A stretch of 64,000 nucleotides of DNA from Octopus vulgaris (lineage: Eukaryota): assembly GCA_951406725.2 (NCBI GenBank), contig OX597822.1, positions 24,428,001-24,492,000 on the forward strand. The letters run 5' to 3'. Below the pieces are notes generated by a model, which worked only from the letters and a program-made list of their open reading frames with translations, did no database searches and was not told the DNA's origin. Within the stretch, counting starts at the first letter, position 1. Each line of letters starts with the position of its first letter. The translations under genes were made by a program, and so were the position numbers. This document shows, piece by piece, positions 12,346 through 23,686 of this stretch.

Positions 12346-13482
12346 CATTATATAACAATAACATGACAATTAATAGATGTTATTGGTAGAAATACAGCAC
12401 TAGTAATTTCAAAGACTGTCTTCAGTAATGCAACAGATTTCACAGTAACAACAGTATTAATAATAATGGTTTCAAATTTTGGCACAAGGCCAGCTCTTTA
12501 GAGGGGAGTGGGTAAATCAATTACATTGACCCTTTCCTCAGTAATTGACTGGTTCTTTATTTTATCAACCCCCAAAGAGATGAAAAGTAAAGTCTACAGG
12601 GTAACAATTCTGCCATTTTTCCACTTTCAAAAATAATTATTATTATTTCTGTTGTGGGTACGAGGCCTAGTATGTTTCAGGCACTAGTTGATTACACCAT
12701 CCCCAATGCTCAACTGGTACTTCTTTTATCAACCCCAAAACCCCAAAGGCAAAGTTGATCTCTAACATAAAGACAGATGATATGCCACTAAGCACTTGGC
12801 TTAGCATCCTAATGATTCTGCCAGTTCACTACCTTTGGTTTCAAATTTTTGGTACAAAGTCAGCAGTTTTAAAAGATTAAATCGACCCCAGTGCTCAACT
12901 GGTGCTTATTTTATCAACTGCAAAAGCATGAAAGGCAAAGTCTACTTTGCCTGAATTTAAACACAGGATGTAACATCGCCATCATCATTTAACATCCATT
13001 GTCCATGCTGGCATGAGTTGGACGGTTTGACCAAAGCTGGCAAGCTGGGGAGCTGCACCAGACTCCAGTCTGATTTGGCATGATTTCTATGGCTGGATGC
13101 CCTTCCTAATGCCAACCACTTTACAGTGTACTGGGTTCTTTTATATGGCACTGCACAAGTGCTTTTACATGGGGCTGCATGGGCGCTCTAATGTGGCACC
13201 ACATGGGTGCTTTTACGTGGTGCCATACAACATCAGAGGAAATACTAAGTATTTTGTCCAGAGGGCTAATGTTTCTGCCAGCTCATCACCTTAATAATAG
13301 TAATAATATTTTCTGTTATTGGCATAAGGTCAGCAATTTGTAAAAAAAATATGGAGCTTCTATTTTTTCCATGATAAAATCCTCTGTTTCATCTTATTTT
13401 TTCAATACATATTTACTCATGCGTGGCCAAACAATCAATCAATCTATCCCTCTATCTAATATATATATATATATATATATAT

Positions 13483-14210
13483 ACAAGATAAGAAAATGGA
13501 GAAATACATCTAAATCAAATATCAATTACCAGATAATACTCAATCACATACTTTATTAAACCACCACATAAGAGACTGTAGGGTTACATATAAAAAGCAG
13601 AACAAATCAGTGTACATACAGTAGTGTACATAAATAGTAATGATGTATAATAAGTAGAATATATATAAAAGAGAATATAAATATAAGTAAATATAAATAT
13701 AAGTATAGATTACATCTTACAGCTGTTTCGGCCATGTAGATAAGTATGTTTCATTTTACCAATATTAGCCTTTTATGGTAGGTCAATATATAGATATAAA
13801 TGAGACATTTACAAAAATATCATAAGGCCTCTTCGGAGATTATGTAATATAAATCAGTCTACATATATATCCACATGGGTGTGGGTACATACCCATTATA
13901 CAACATATACATATGAGTGCATATACTCACACTCCTATACATATAAAAATATACATATAAAAATATACATATACATAATGATATAAATAAATAATATAAA
14001 TTAGTAAACATATATATGTTCCACATTCAACGTCTCAGTTTTTCGACTTAATATTGTGATAATAAACATACACATATTAGTACCTAGATGCAAATATACA
14101 TAGTCAATAGTACATTATATTACTTCAAACTAATTTCTAAAGTGTCATTGAAGTTAGCATCATTATCGTTGTCAATACAATAAATGTTACCATTATTATC
14201 ATTCATAATA
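13483..14210 (-). mobile_element. PLE-like non-coding element, near-identical to 44424-45160
   Basis: About 730 bp with few differences from the second copy. Abuts (TA)n and contains the HHR motif at 13709-13848. Confidence 0.75.
13709..13848 (-). ncRNA. type I hammerhead ribozyme motif, U4C core, 92-nt loop II
   Basis: attac-ata-atct CCGAAGA ggcc [92 nt] ggcc GAAAC agct GTA| agat-gtaat. Helix III is the palindrome ACAGCTGT. Confidence 0.7.
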
Positions 14211-14770
14211 TTATTAATAACGCTTACATTAGGATCCAGATTGGCACATAAGTATGTCTGGGTTCCAGTTAGTAATTTTCCTTATGACATAAATACACTA
14301 TTGGATTTGAATTTAAAATTATCATTATCTTCCTCATGGTTGGTCCATTGAGAGCTGCCCGACCTCTACCACACCGCACAAGCAAAACATACACATCCAC
14401 CCCTAAACCCACACATCCACACAGAAACTCACACACACACACACACATGAATACACCCCTACACATCGCCACACTTTCACTGAAATGCAGAGTGCATGTC
14501 TGTCATCGCATGGCTTATAGACAAATCAGTACAGGCAGCAGTGTCTAACACTAACACACACATCCGCATAAATATTAGTACACTCACATATACTGTGTTA
14601 GGGAACATTCGCACACACATATATAATGACCTCAAACCAACAAGAGTAAACAAGAAAGACAGAGATAGGCAGAAACAAGGAAAACGCCACTTGTATTTGA
14701 ACACTATACAAATATTCTTTTAAAAAACACTTTTCTTTTAATTTTTCTAAATTTAATTATTTAATTGTTA

Positions 14771-14806
14771 CAGTTGAAAAAGTCTCAATGACTGAAACCG
14801 GTACTA
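14771..14806 (+). ncRNA. minimal type I hammerhead motif, U3:A8 variant
   Basis: cag TTGAAAA agtc-tcaat-gact GAAAC CG GTA| cta. Helix III is the palindrome ACCGGT. Lies near the 3' end of a PLE-like element that ends at (TA)n near 14850. Confidence 0.7.
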
Positions 14807-14852
14807 AAATGTTTTTTATAAAATTATTTTAGCATTTTCTATCTTGACTTTT

Positions 14853-14887
<35 letters not shown>

Positions 14888-15048
14888 GATGGACTTCTTT
14901 CAGTTTCTGTCTACCAAATCCACTCACAAGGCTATAGAAGACAGTTGCCCAAAGTGGAACTGAACCTGGAAACATGTGGTTGGGAAGCAAGCTTCTTACC
15001 ATACAGTCACTCCTATGCCTGTATATAAATATATATTTATATATATGT

Positions 15049-15378
15049 AACAATTGCAGCGTGGAAGGTGTCCATATGCCATTTAAAAACACACAAAAGA
15101 CTGTTAAATTCACTTCAACATTTAAATTTAATTTGTGTCAAAATACCTTTGTCACTTTGTAACCGCAGCCTGTTCACTGACAAAACAAATAGTGAACAGG
15201 TTGCAGTTTCAAAGCAACGAAGGTATTATGACACAAATTAAATTTAAATGTTGAAGTGAATGTAACAGTCTTTTGTGTGTTTTTAAGTGGCTTATGGACA
15301 CCTTCCCCGCTGCAATTGTTTTTGTTTCAGTACATGATCTCAGATCAAGTCACCTGCTAAGCAAGTACATCTTCGTAA
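15049..15378. mobile_element. fold-back PLE-like element (about 130-bp arms, 15049-15320) with degenerate G3:C8 hammerhead motif
   Basis: Near-perfect hairpin. Plus arm reads GTGAACA g gttgc-agtttcaaa-gcaac GAAG gtatta tgaca (15192-15233). Minus arm supplies helix I tgtca/tgaca. Confidence 0.7.
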
Positions 15379-15570
15379 TATATATATATATATATAAAAT
15401 ATGAATTAGAGATAAAACCACTCAAACAGTGATAGACATAAACCAATACATAAATAACAAATAATATATATATATATATATATATATAATTTTTTTTTTA
15501 AATATATAACTTATAACTAGATCTCAAAAAATATATAATGAATGATAAATATATAATATAATAATAATAA

Positions 15571-15617
<47 letters not shown>

Positions 15618-15639
15618 CACACACACACACATATATATA

Positions 15640-15958
15640 TGTAAACAGTAAAAAATAAATACAGACATGGACAAGAACATGAAACACCAAAGAGACGACA
15701 CAAGAACCACAGGACGGGACATTCGAAGCCCTCAGTCATCAGTCAAGAACCAGATCATCTTCGCAATTTCGACTGATTAATCTTGAGATTGCTCCGATCT
15801 GGGCAGCCCGCCAAGGGAAATCTAAGCCAAGCGCATTAGATCCCCTGGAAGAAAGCTTCGAATGTATACAACACGAGGACGGAAAACGAACGAAGTACAC
15901 GAACAAAAATACAGAATACGTGACACCAATAAGAATACAAAAACGTAAAAATATATAT
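15640..15958 (-). mobile_element. non-coding PLE-like element carrying a permuted hammerhead
   Basis: Flanked by TA microsatellites; homologous to 53172-53335. Long-range stem ACATTCGAAGC/GCTTCGAATGT (15719-15729 with 15855-15865). Confidence 0.7.
15727..15801 (-). ncRNA. non-circularly permuted hammerhead ribozyme candidate
   Basis: gcaATC|tcaaga ttaa tcagtc GAAA ttgc gaagatgatctggt tcttga CTGATGA ctgag ggct. Helix III gcaat/attgc, helix I tcaaga/tcttga, AUC cleavage triplet, intact core. Helix II register is ambiguous. Confidence 0.65.
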
Positions 15959-16801
15959 ATCAAATGGACACTGTTCCCACTCCTTCATTCTTTACCTAAT
16001 TATGAGAGAAAAGGTAAGAGAGAAAAAAAAAGAGAGAAAGAAATGCCTGCTTGTTTATTTCTGTCCTATGTTTATTTACGAGACTGTATGTTGCTATAAA
16101 CTACTTGTTGCAAACCATTAACTGGGTCAGAATCATACAATTAAAGAAACAAAAAAAAATGTTAAGATCTGGAACTAAGAAAGTCTTCTGGTTCACTTGT
16201 TTACTTTATATGAAGTTTGTTGACATCATAGCATGCCAGTTAGGTGGGGGAAGGGTAAAGAACTAGGGAAAACCACCAAATTTAGACATATAAGAGTAAT
16301 TATTTCTGTCATGTACATCTGTAAGTATAAAAGTTTCCATTATCCGCAGATCTTAAATTTCAGGGGAGGTGGTGCAGTAAATTATATCAATCTCCTACAG
16401 GGTTTTAGTTGAATATATTAATTACTCTGAGATACTTATTTCAGATGTATGATCGAACAGCTAATGTTATGAGGCCTAGGAAAAAAATGTTTTTTTATTC
16501 TAGTGTAAACAAACACGAATACAGAGATGCACATGCATACACAGGCTTGTACAGCTTCCGTCTAGCAAGTTCCACTCAAGATATTGGCCAACAAGTGACT
16601 ATTAGTAGACACTTGCCAAAGGTACCAGGCAGTGTGATTCCCTACAAAGAACCATCTGGTTACAAAGTGAACTGCTTAACCACAGAAGCAATTGCTCAAG
16701 AACACAATGTCCACTCGGTCCAGGAACTGAAACTATAAATTCAAACCCTAACTACTAAGCCATGACTCTTCTCTCTCAGAGAGAGAGAAAGAGAGAGAGA
16801 A

Positions 16802-16842
<41 letters not shown>

Positions 16843-16844
16843 AG

Positions 16845-17065
16845 AAAAAGTCAAGGTAGAAAATGCTAAAATAATTTTATAAAAGACATTTCAGTACCGG
16901 TTTCGGTCATTGAGACTTTTTCAACCGTAAGTACGGAAAACAATAAAGTTTTCGAAAAATTAAAAGAAAAGCTTTTTAAAAGAATATTTGCATAGTATTC
17001 AAATACAAGTGGCATTTTCCCTGTTTCTGTCTGTCTCTTTTGTTTACTCTTGTGGATTCGAGGTC
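16845..17065 (-). mobile_element. second copy of the U3:A8-HHR PLE terminus (HHR 16892-16927)
   Basis: Reverse complement of about 14625-14850: cgg TTGAAAA agtc-tcaat-gacc GAAAC CG GTA| ctg. Abuts (GA)n. Confidence 0.75.
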
Positions 17066-17139
17066 CTATGAATTCTTGGTAGGGAAGAAGAAGAAGAAGG
17101 GGGGGAGGAGGAGGAAAAGAAGAAGAATATATATGAAGT

Positions 17140-17179
<40 letters not shown>

Positions 17180-17234
17180 GTATATGTATGTATGTGTGTA
17201 TGTATGTATACAGTCATTACAGCTGGCATCTCAT

Positions 17235-17277
17235 ATCTATTTATTCAAATTTCACATTACTATTCATCAGACTAGAT
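17235..17277 (-). ncRNA. degenerate minimal type I hammerhead motif
   Basis: atctagt CTGATGA ata-gtaa-tgt GAAAT ttga ATA| aatagat. Helix I pairs at 6 of 7 positions. Helix III ATTTGAAT is one CpG-decay step from the palindrome ATTCGAAT. Confidence 0.55.
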
Positions 17278-17880
17278 CTAGAGTCTCATAAAATAACTTT
17301 ACCATTATGTTGGCCTTTTGTGTATAAATTAACAAGATTTTATGATGGAATGCTTTTAATTCAGATCACTATAAGACAGAGTTTGCATTACAGAACCAGG
17401 AGTGGTTTCTGGTGGGTTAATAGCAAAAGATTAAAGGGTTAAGCCATTAGTATTTAAGTCAGCCATATCCACCTCAAATACACTGCTTTATGTTCAAACA
17501 AGCCAAATTCAGCTTTTCACATTTATCCAGAAACATCTTTATGAAAATAAACAATTATTATCATCAAAATTTCAAAGAAATAAGATAACGATAATTCATG
17601 ATTAATTCAAAAGAACATGAATAGATAAGCATTACATTTGACAGGGTAATCTGAATACTCAAGGGTTGATAAAGCACAGCTTCTGCCAAGCCTATCAGAT
17701 AAAGGAGTTCTTTCTTAATGATGGCTCTGATCGACACCTAGGTGGACTAATACAGTAATAACTATGTTCTGTCTATGGACAGAATGTAACAGTGTTGGTG
17801 ACAGCATACGAACTATGAACACTTAGCATCATAGTTCAAAATCTTAGCTAATTTATCATTAACAGAATCTATACTAATAA

Positions 17881-18111
17881 GGCGGTGAGCTGGCAGTAAT
17901 GTTAGCACGTTGGGCAAAATGCTTAGCCGTATTTCGTCTGCTGTTACGTTCTGAGTTCAAATTCCGCTGAGGTCGACTTTGCCTTTCATCCTTTCGGGGT
18001 TGATAAATTAAGTACCAGTCATGTACTGGGGTCGATGTAATTGACTTAATCTCTTTGTCTGTCCTTGTTTGTCCCGTCTATGTTTAGCCCCTTGTGGGCA
18101 ATAAAGAAATA
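17881..18111 (+). mobile_element. SINE family A, full length
   Basis: 17-bp TSD AGAATCTATACTAA(T/C)AA at 17864-17880 and 18112-18128. Confidence 0.9.
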
Positions 18112-18260
18112 AGAATCTATACTAACAATTATGGATTCACATCTTCACAGTGTTTATGTGCATATGTGGGTGTGTGTTTGTGTTTGTGAGTATGTGTTTG
18201 TCTCCTTCTCTTGACACAGCACAATAGTTATAAAACAAAGGTCACCATCACACAAGCACT

Positions 18261-19156
18261 GGGTGCTACTTTAGCGTGTTGTCTACTCCAGTAGCGTGTG
18301 ATCTACCGCAGCATCCTGTCTACAATGTGAAATTACTTTAACCATAACAAAGCTGTTAAAGGATTTCTATAGACATATAATTTTACAGAGGCTATTGAGA
18401 GATCAAGGTTGGATTCCTTGACTATTTTATGACTATTTTAAAGAAAATGAGAGGTGTTAGTAGTGAGCTCTTCCAGTCTTTGCTGGAAAGTTTCGGGAAA
18501 AGATGCAGCAGATTTGTTTGTGGCATTCCTAAATGATGTACGAAGCATGTATCGTCAATTAAGATTTAATTGTAAGTTATTAACAAATCATTACTCTTTT
18601 ACTTGTTTCAGTCATTTGACTGCTGCCATGCTGGAACACCGCCTTTAGCCGCACAAATCGACCCTAGGACTTATTCTTTGTAAGCCTAGTACTTATTCTA
18701 TCGGTCTCTTTTGCCGAACTGCCAACTTATGGGGACATAAACACACCACCATCGATGATGGGGGGACAAACACAGACACACAAACACACATATATATATA
18801 TATATATATATACATACATATATACGACGGGCTTCTTTCAGTTTCTATCTACCAAATCCACTCACAAGGCTTTGGTTGGCCCGAGGCTATAGTAGAAGAC
18901 ACTTGCCCAAGGTGCCCCGCAGTGGCATTGAACCCAGAACCATGTGGTTGGTAAGCAAGGTACTTACCACACAGCCACTCCTGCACCTATTCAACATTAT
19001 TCAATTTGTTTTTATCATCCTGGTGTATAAAGTTCTTATAGTGGAGGTAGATTGCACACTATAGTGTAAAAGGGTAAGAAAAGGTAGACCACATGCTAAA
19101 AGAAATTTCACACCGTAGACAGGATACTGCGGTAGACAGCACACTAAGTAGCACCC
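18261..19156 (+). mobile_element. Merlin (IS1595-like) DNA transposon derivative with nested SINE B
   Basis: Long imperfect TIRs starting GGGTGCTACTT. Imperfect 7-8-bp TSD AAGC(T)ACT. Internal remnant AIERS.LDS...FLKKMRGVSSELFQS..CWK...DLFVAFLNDVRSMY resembles the Merlin transposase C-terminus. Confidence 0.65.
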
Positions 19157-21633
19157 AAGCTACTTTCTTTCTAGTTTACCATGAAAGCATGTCAGGCCAT
19201 GAGGATGTGTTACATCGTTTGGAACGAAGAGCACCATCCGAGCATGATCGTTGTCAGAGCAGCCAACTGGCTTCCATACCCGTGGCACGTAAAAGGGCAC
19301 CATTCGAGCGTGATCGTTACCAACGTCGCTTCACTGGCACGTGTAAAAAGATTCGAGCGATGTCATTGCCAGTACTGCCTGACTGGCCCCCGTGCCGGTG
19401 GCACGTGAAAGGCACCCACTACACTCTTGGAGTGGTTGGCAGTAGGAAAGGCATCCAGCTGTTGAAACTCTGCCATATCAAGATTGGAGCCTGGTGCAGC
19501 CATCTGGTTCGCCAGCCCTCAGTCAAAATCGTCCAACCCATGCTAGCATAGAAAGCGGACGTTAAACGATGATGATGATGATGATGAAAAGGTTGGCAAC
19601 AAGCAGGGCTTCCAGACATAGAAAATCTGCCTCAACAAAGCAGATGATATCACAAACTAGGAACAATTAGCACTGTAGTTTAACACCTTAACCAATTTAT
19701 CATTGATGGAATCTATACTTTTCTGTTGGCAACTTATTTACGAACCATTTTTTCCTTATTCCTTTATTTAAAATTAAAATCCCACCAAATATCATGAACA
19801 AAAGATTATCTCTCTTGTATCAATTGTCTGCTAGGGTATAAACAAAACAATCTGAAATGTGTTTATGTGCGTGTGTGTTTTATTTTTTGTCTTTTTCTAA
19901 CAGCGTCACCAAACATGCTAATGACATTTGTTGATGCAGAAATGAGCATTTAATATTCAACTAAGAATGCCGTTGTCTAGTGAAGCAAGGAAGACCAAAA
20001 TGTCAATCCCCTAAACCTTAAAAGGTCGTTCACACAAGAATGAACAAGATTAGAGTCATATCAAAGAGACAATAAATAAATAAAAATACCAAAGAATTCA
20101 ATATTAAATAAGGATTTTAACAAAAGATGTCTTCATCAATCTTGCTTTTGTTAACATTTCTGCTAATTTGTTACTCCCAGATGGAAATTCATCTATTTTT
20201 TATTTGCTTCAGTAATTGGAATGTGGCCATGCTGGGGCACTGCCTTGAAGGGTTTAGTAGAAAAAAAATAAACCTCAGTTCTTTTTTTTTTTGTTCAAGT
20301 CTGGTGTATATTTGTAACAAGTATCTTATTGCCAAGCCACTGAGTTATAGAATGCAAACAAACCAACACTTGTTGTCAAGTGGCAGTGGTGGGAGGGGGG
20401 TACAAACACAAAGACACACACACATGCATACATATATGCATGATGAGTTTCATTCAGTTTCTGTCTACCATATCCACTCACAAGTTTTGGTCAGCCCAGA
20501 ACCAAAATAGAAGACATTTGCTCAAGGCACCAGCCACACAGTGGAACTGAACCTGGCACCATGTGGTTAGGAAGCGTACTTCTTACCACACAGTCACACT
20601 GTGCCAATGGAAAGAAACAAAAAAAAAAAATAGAGGATCATTGTCCAAATCCAAGAGCTACTATGTGGTCAACTGACCTGTTAGAAATAGTAGCCAAATG
20701 TTCCTCAAATCACACTCTACCGTCTTATATACAGTTTGGCTACATTGGATCAGTGTTCTTCATAACAAAAGGCATTTGTACACCTTGAGCAAGGTGGAGT
20801 AGGTAAATTGTTATGTTTAATAAAAATAAAATGGGTTTAATGTTTTTATCCCTTTTGTTACCATATTCATGATGAAACACACTGTGTTTGTTTCAATTTT
20901 TAAAATAATGAAGAATTTGGTGAAATAACCGTCGTTATCAAGCTGGTTTTTGGGACGAATTTATTTGACTAACCCAAAATGATAGTGCTCCAGTATGGCG
21001 AGAAGGTCAAAAGAAGAGTTAAGGACTTGTGAATGTTAACTATTGACTAAATTAGAAATGAGTGGTTATTTCTGTTCTGAATCATGGTGAAAGATAAAAC
21101 GAATATAAATAGATAATGCCACACACATTCATTCTAAATATGGTCTGGCAGACGAAGGTGGCAAGCTGGCAAGATTGTTAGCATGCCAGGCAAAATGCTC
21201 AGTGGCATTTCATCCACTCTGAGTTCAAACTCCACCAGTGTCAACTTTACCTTTCATCCTTTCAGGATCAATAAAATAAGTACCAGCTGAGCACTTGGGT
21301 CAATGTAATCAACTTACCCCCCCCCCACCTAAAATTGCTGGCCTTGTGCCAAAATTTGAAACTAATATTTCTGGGAGATTTGAACATGGATATAATAATC
21401 ACTGCTGTCTTTAGAGTACACCTTGTCTCTTCAGATGATGTGTATTCATAACACACTCAATTGGTTGATATAAAGGGACTTGTGGTGTTTTGACCTAGTT
21501 GTGTCTCTTCTGTTAAAGCTATCCTTAGATCAATGAATCTAAGCAAGAGTGAAGGATTTTGTTTATAGAATTTGGCAAACAAGTTATTTGACTGATGTCT
21601 GTTGATGTCTGCTGAACTGATAATAAATTACTA

Positions 21634-22923
21634 TCAGGTCATCCCATCAGTTCTGTCCAATTTTACCTTTTTTAAAATTGAATGAAATTTAATAGAATGT
21701 CTAATGGAATTTAAAATTATTTTTATGCATTTGTGTACATTTAAACTAATTAAATATTATTTTACAGAATACTAATTAAACTAATTAAATATTATTTTAC
21801 AGAATAATAGAATTAAAATATCTTTGATTAAAACCCTTTCTAACATGGAAGTATCCAAAGAGCATTTGAGACACATAATGCTTTATGAGTACAAAAGAGG
21901 AAACTCTGCAGCCGAAGTGACTTGAAACATACAAGCTTGAATGAAAGAACTTGCAGAAGATGGTTTGCAAAATTCAGAAGTGGAGATTTCAGCCATGAAG
22001 AGGAAGATGGAACAGGACGTCCAGTTGAGTTTGGTAATAAGCTCCTTGAGGCATTACTTGAAGAAAATCCTGCATTATCAGTTGAAGAATTGGCAATAAA
22101 GCTTAGTTCAAACCATACAACTGTTCATCTTCAACAATTTGGAAATGTTCCTAAACTTGGAAAATGATTGCCTCATGAATTGTCCGAAAGCAACTGCAAA
22201 TCCCACATAGACATCTGCTCTTCTCTTCATTCTTGTGAACTCATTTCAGCCTTTTTGGATAGACTTGTGACTGGTGGTGAAAAATGGATCTTCTATCAAA
22301 ATGTTAAATGTCGTAAACAGTGGCTTGGTAAAATGGAAAAAGCTCAACCACAACCAAGAAGGGAACTTCATGGGAAAAAGGTTCTTCTCTCTATCTGGTG
22401 GGACTGCAAAGGAGTTATTCACTTTGAATTGTTACCACCTAATGCAACAATTAATGCTCAAGTCTACTGTCAGCAATTAGAGCATTTGAACCAAGATTTG
22501 AAGAAAAAAAGACCTGCTTTAGTGAATCGAAAAGGACTGATGTTTCATCAGGACAATGCGTGACTCCACACTGCAAAGATCACATCACAGAAGATCGAAG
22601 AACTTGGTTGGGAAAAAATTCCTCATCCACCTTATTCTCCCAAACTTGCTCCTTCAGACTACCATTTGTTTTGTAGTTTACAGAATCATTTGGGGGACAT
22701 AACTTTCGCAAGTCAGGAGGAGGTCGAAACTGACATTTCAGAGTTCTTCGCTTTGAAACCAAAAGAGTTTTACATTGATGGGATTAAAAAGCTTGTAAAT
22801 AGATGGAAGGAAGTCATAGATAATCAGGGAAAGTACATTGATGATTAAATTTCAATTAAATATAACATTTGATAACTTGTTTTCTTTATTCAAAATTCGG
22901 ATAGACCTTATGGGATGACCTGA
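21634..22923 (+). mobile_element. full-length mariner (DD34D) transposon, 1290 bp
   Basis: TA TSDs at 21632-33 and 22924-25. TIRs TCAGGTCATCCCAT... / ...ATGGGATGACCTGA. Confidence 0.95.
21845..22848 (+). pseudogene. mariner transposase pseudogene
   Basis: MEVSKEHLRHIMLYEY..., (W>*)LPHEL, LVTG(D>G)EKW, HQDNA*, HPPYSP(K)LAPSDYHLF...GKYIDD*. Several stops and indels. Confidence 0.92.
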
Positions 22924-23634
22924 TACATGCATGCAAAACAGCAAAAATGACAACAATGATATATAAAGTCATTCTTCATCATCATCATCATTTAGAGTCC
23001 GCTTTCCATGCTAGCATGGGTTGGATGGTTCAACTGGGGTCTGTGAAGCCAGAAGGCTGCATCAGGCCCAGTCTGATCTGGCAGTGTTTCTACGGCTGGA
23101 TGCCCTTCCTAACGCCAACCACTCCGTGAGTGTAGTGGGTGCTTTTTACGTGCCACCTGCACAGGTGCCAGACGGAGCTGGCAATGGCCACGAACGGATG
23201 ATGCTTTTTATGTGCCACCGGCACGAGGCCAGTCGGGGCGGCGCTGGCAATGGCCATGAACGGATGGTGGTGCCAGACGGGTCTGGCAAACAGCCACGAA
23301 TGGATGATGCTTTATACGTGCCACTGGCACGAGACCAGTCTGGGCGGCGCTGGCAACGGCTATGAACAGATGGTGCTTTTTATGTGCACCGGCACGAGGC
23401 CAGTCAGGGCGGTGCTGGCAACGGCCACATTTGGATGGTTCTCTTACGTGCCACCGGCACTGGTAACTCAGCTACAATTTCCATAGATCGATTTCGATTC
23501 AGAGTCTCACTTGCCTCAACAGGTCTTCACAAGTAGAGTTTTGTGTCCCATTTTTGTCTCTATTCTTAATAGAGATAAAAAAAAAAACCCAATAAAAAAC
23601 AAAAATGAAAAGTAAAAGTACTCATATTAAATAC

Positions 23635-23686
23635 CTTCAGGAGTAATTTGAACTCGGTCACCCATCTTTTCATAAGTTGCAAGCTC
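23635..23686 (-). CDS. candidate 52-nt exon containing putative start codon (MGDRVQITPE, ATG at 23665)
   Basis: Acceptor ttttatatgaattttcag|, donor GAAG|gtattt, AAGATGG Kozak-like context. Ends in phase 1, joining exon 2863-3040 in frame. Confidence 0.55.

Noticed and set aside
12400-12450. GAAA...CTGAAGA on the minus strand
   Set aside because: No complementary helix I or III strand with an NUH triplet in either permutation.
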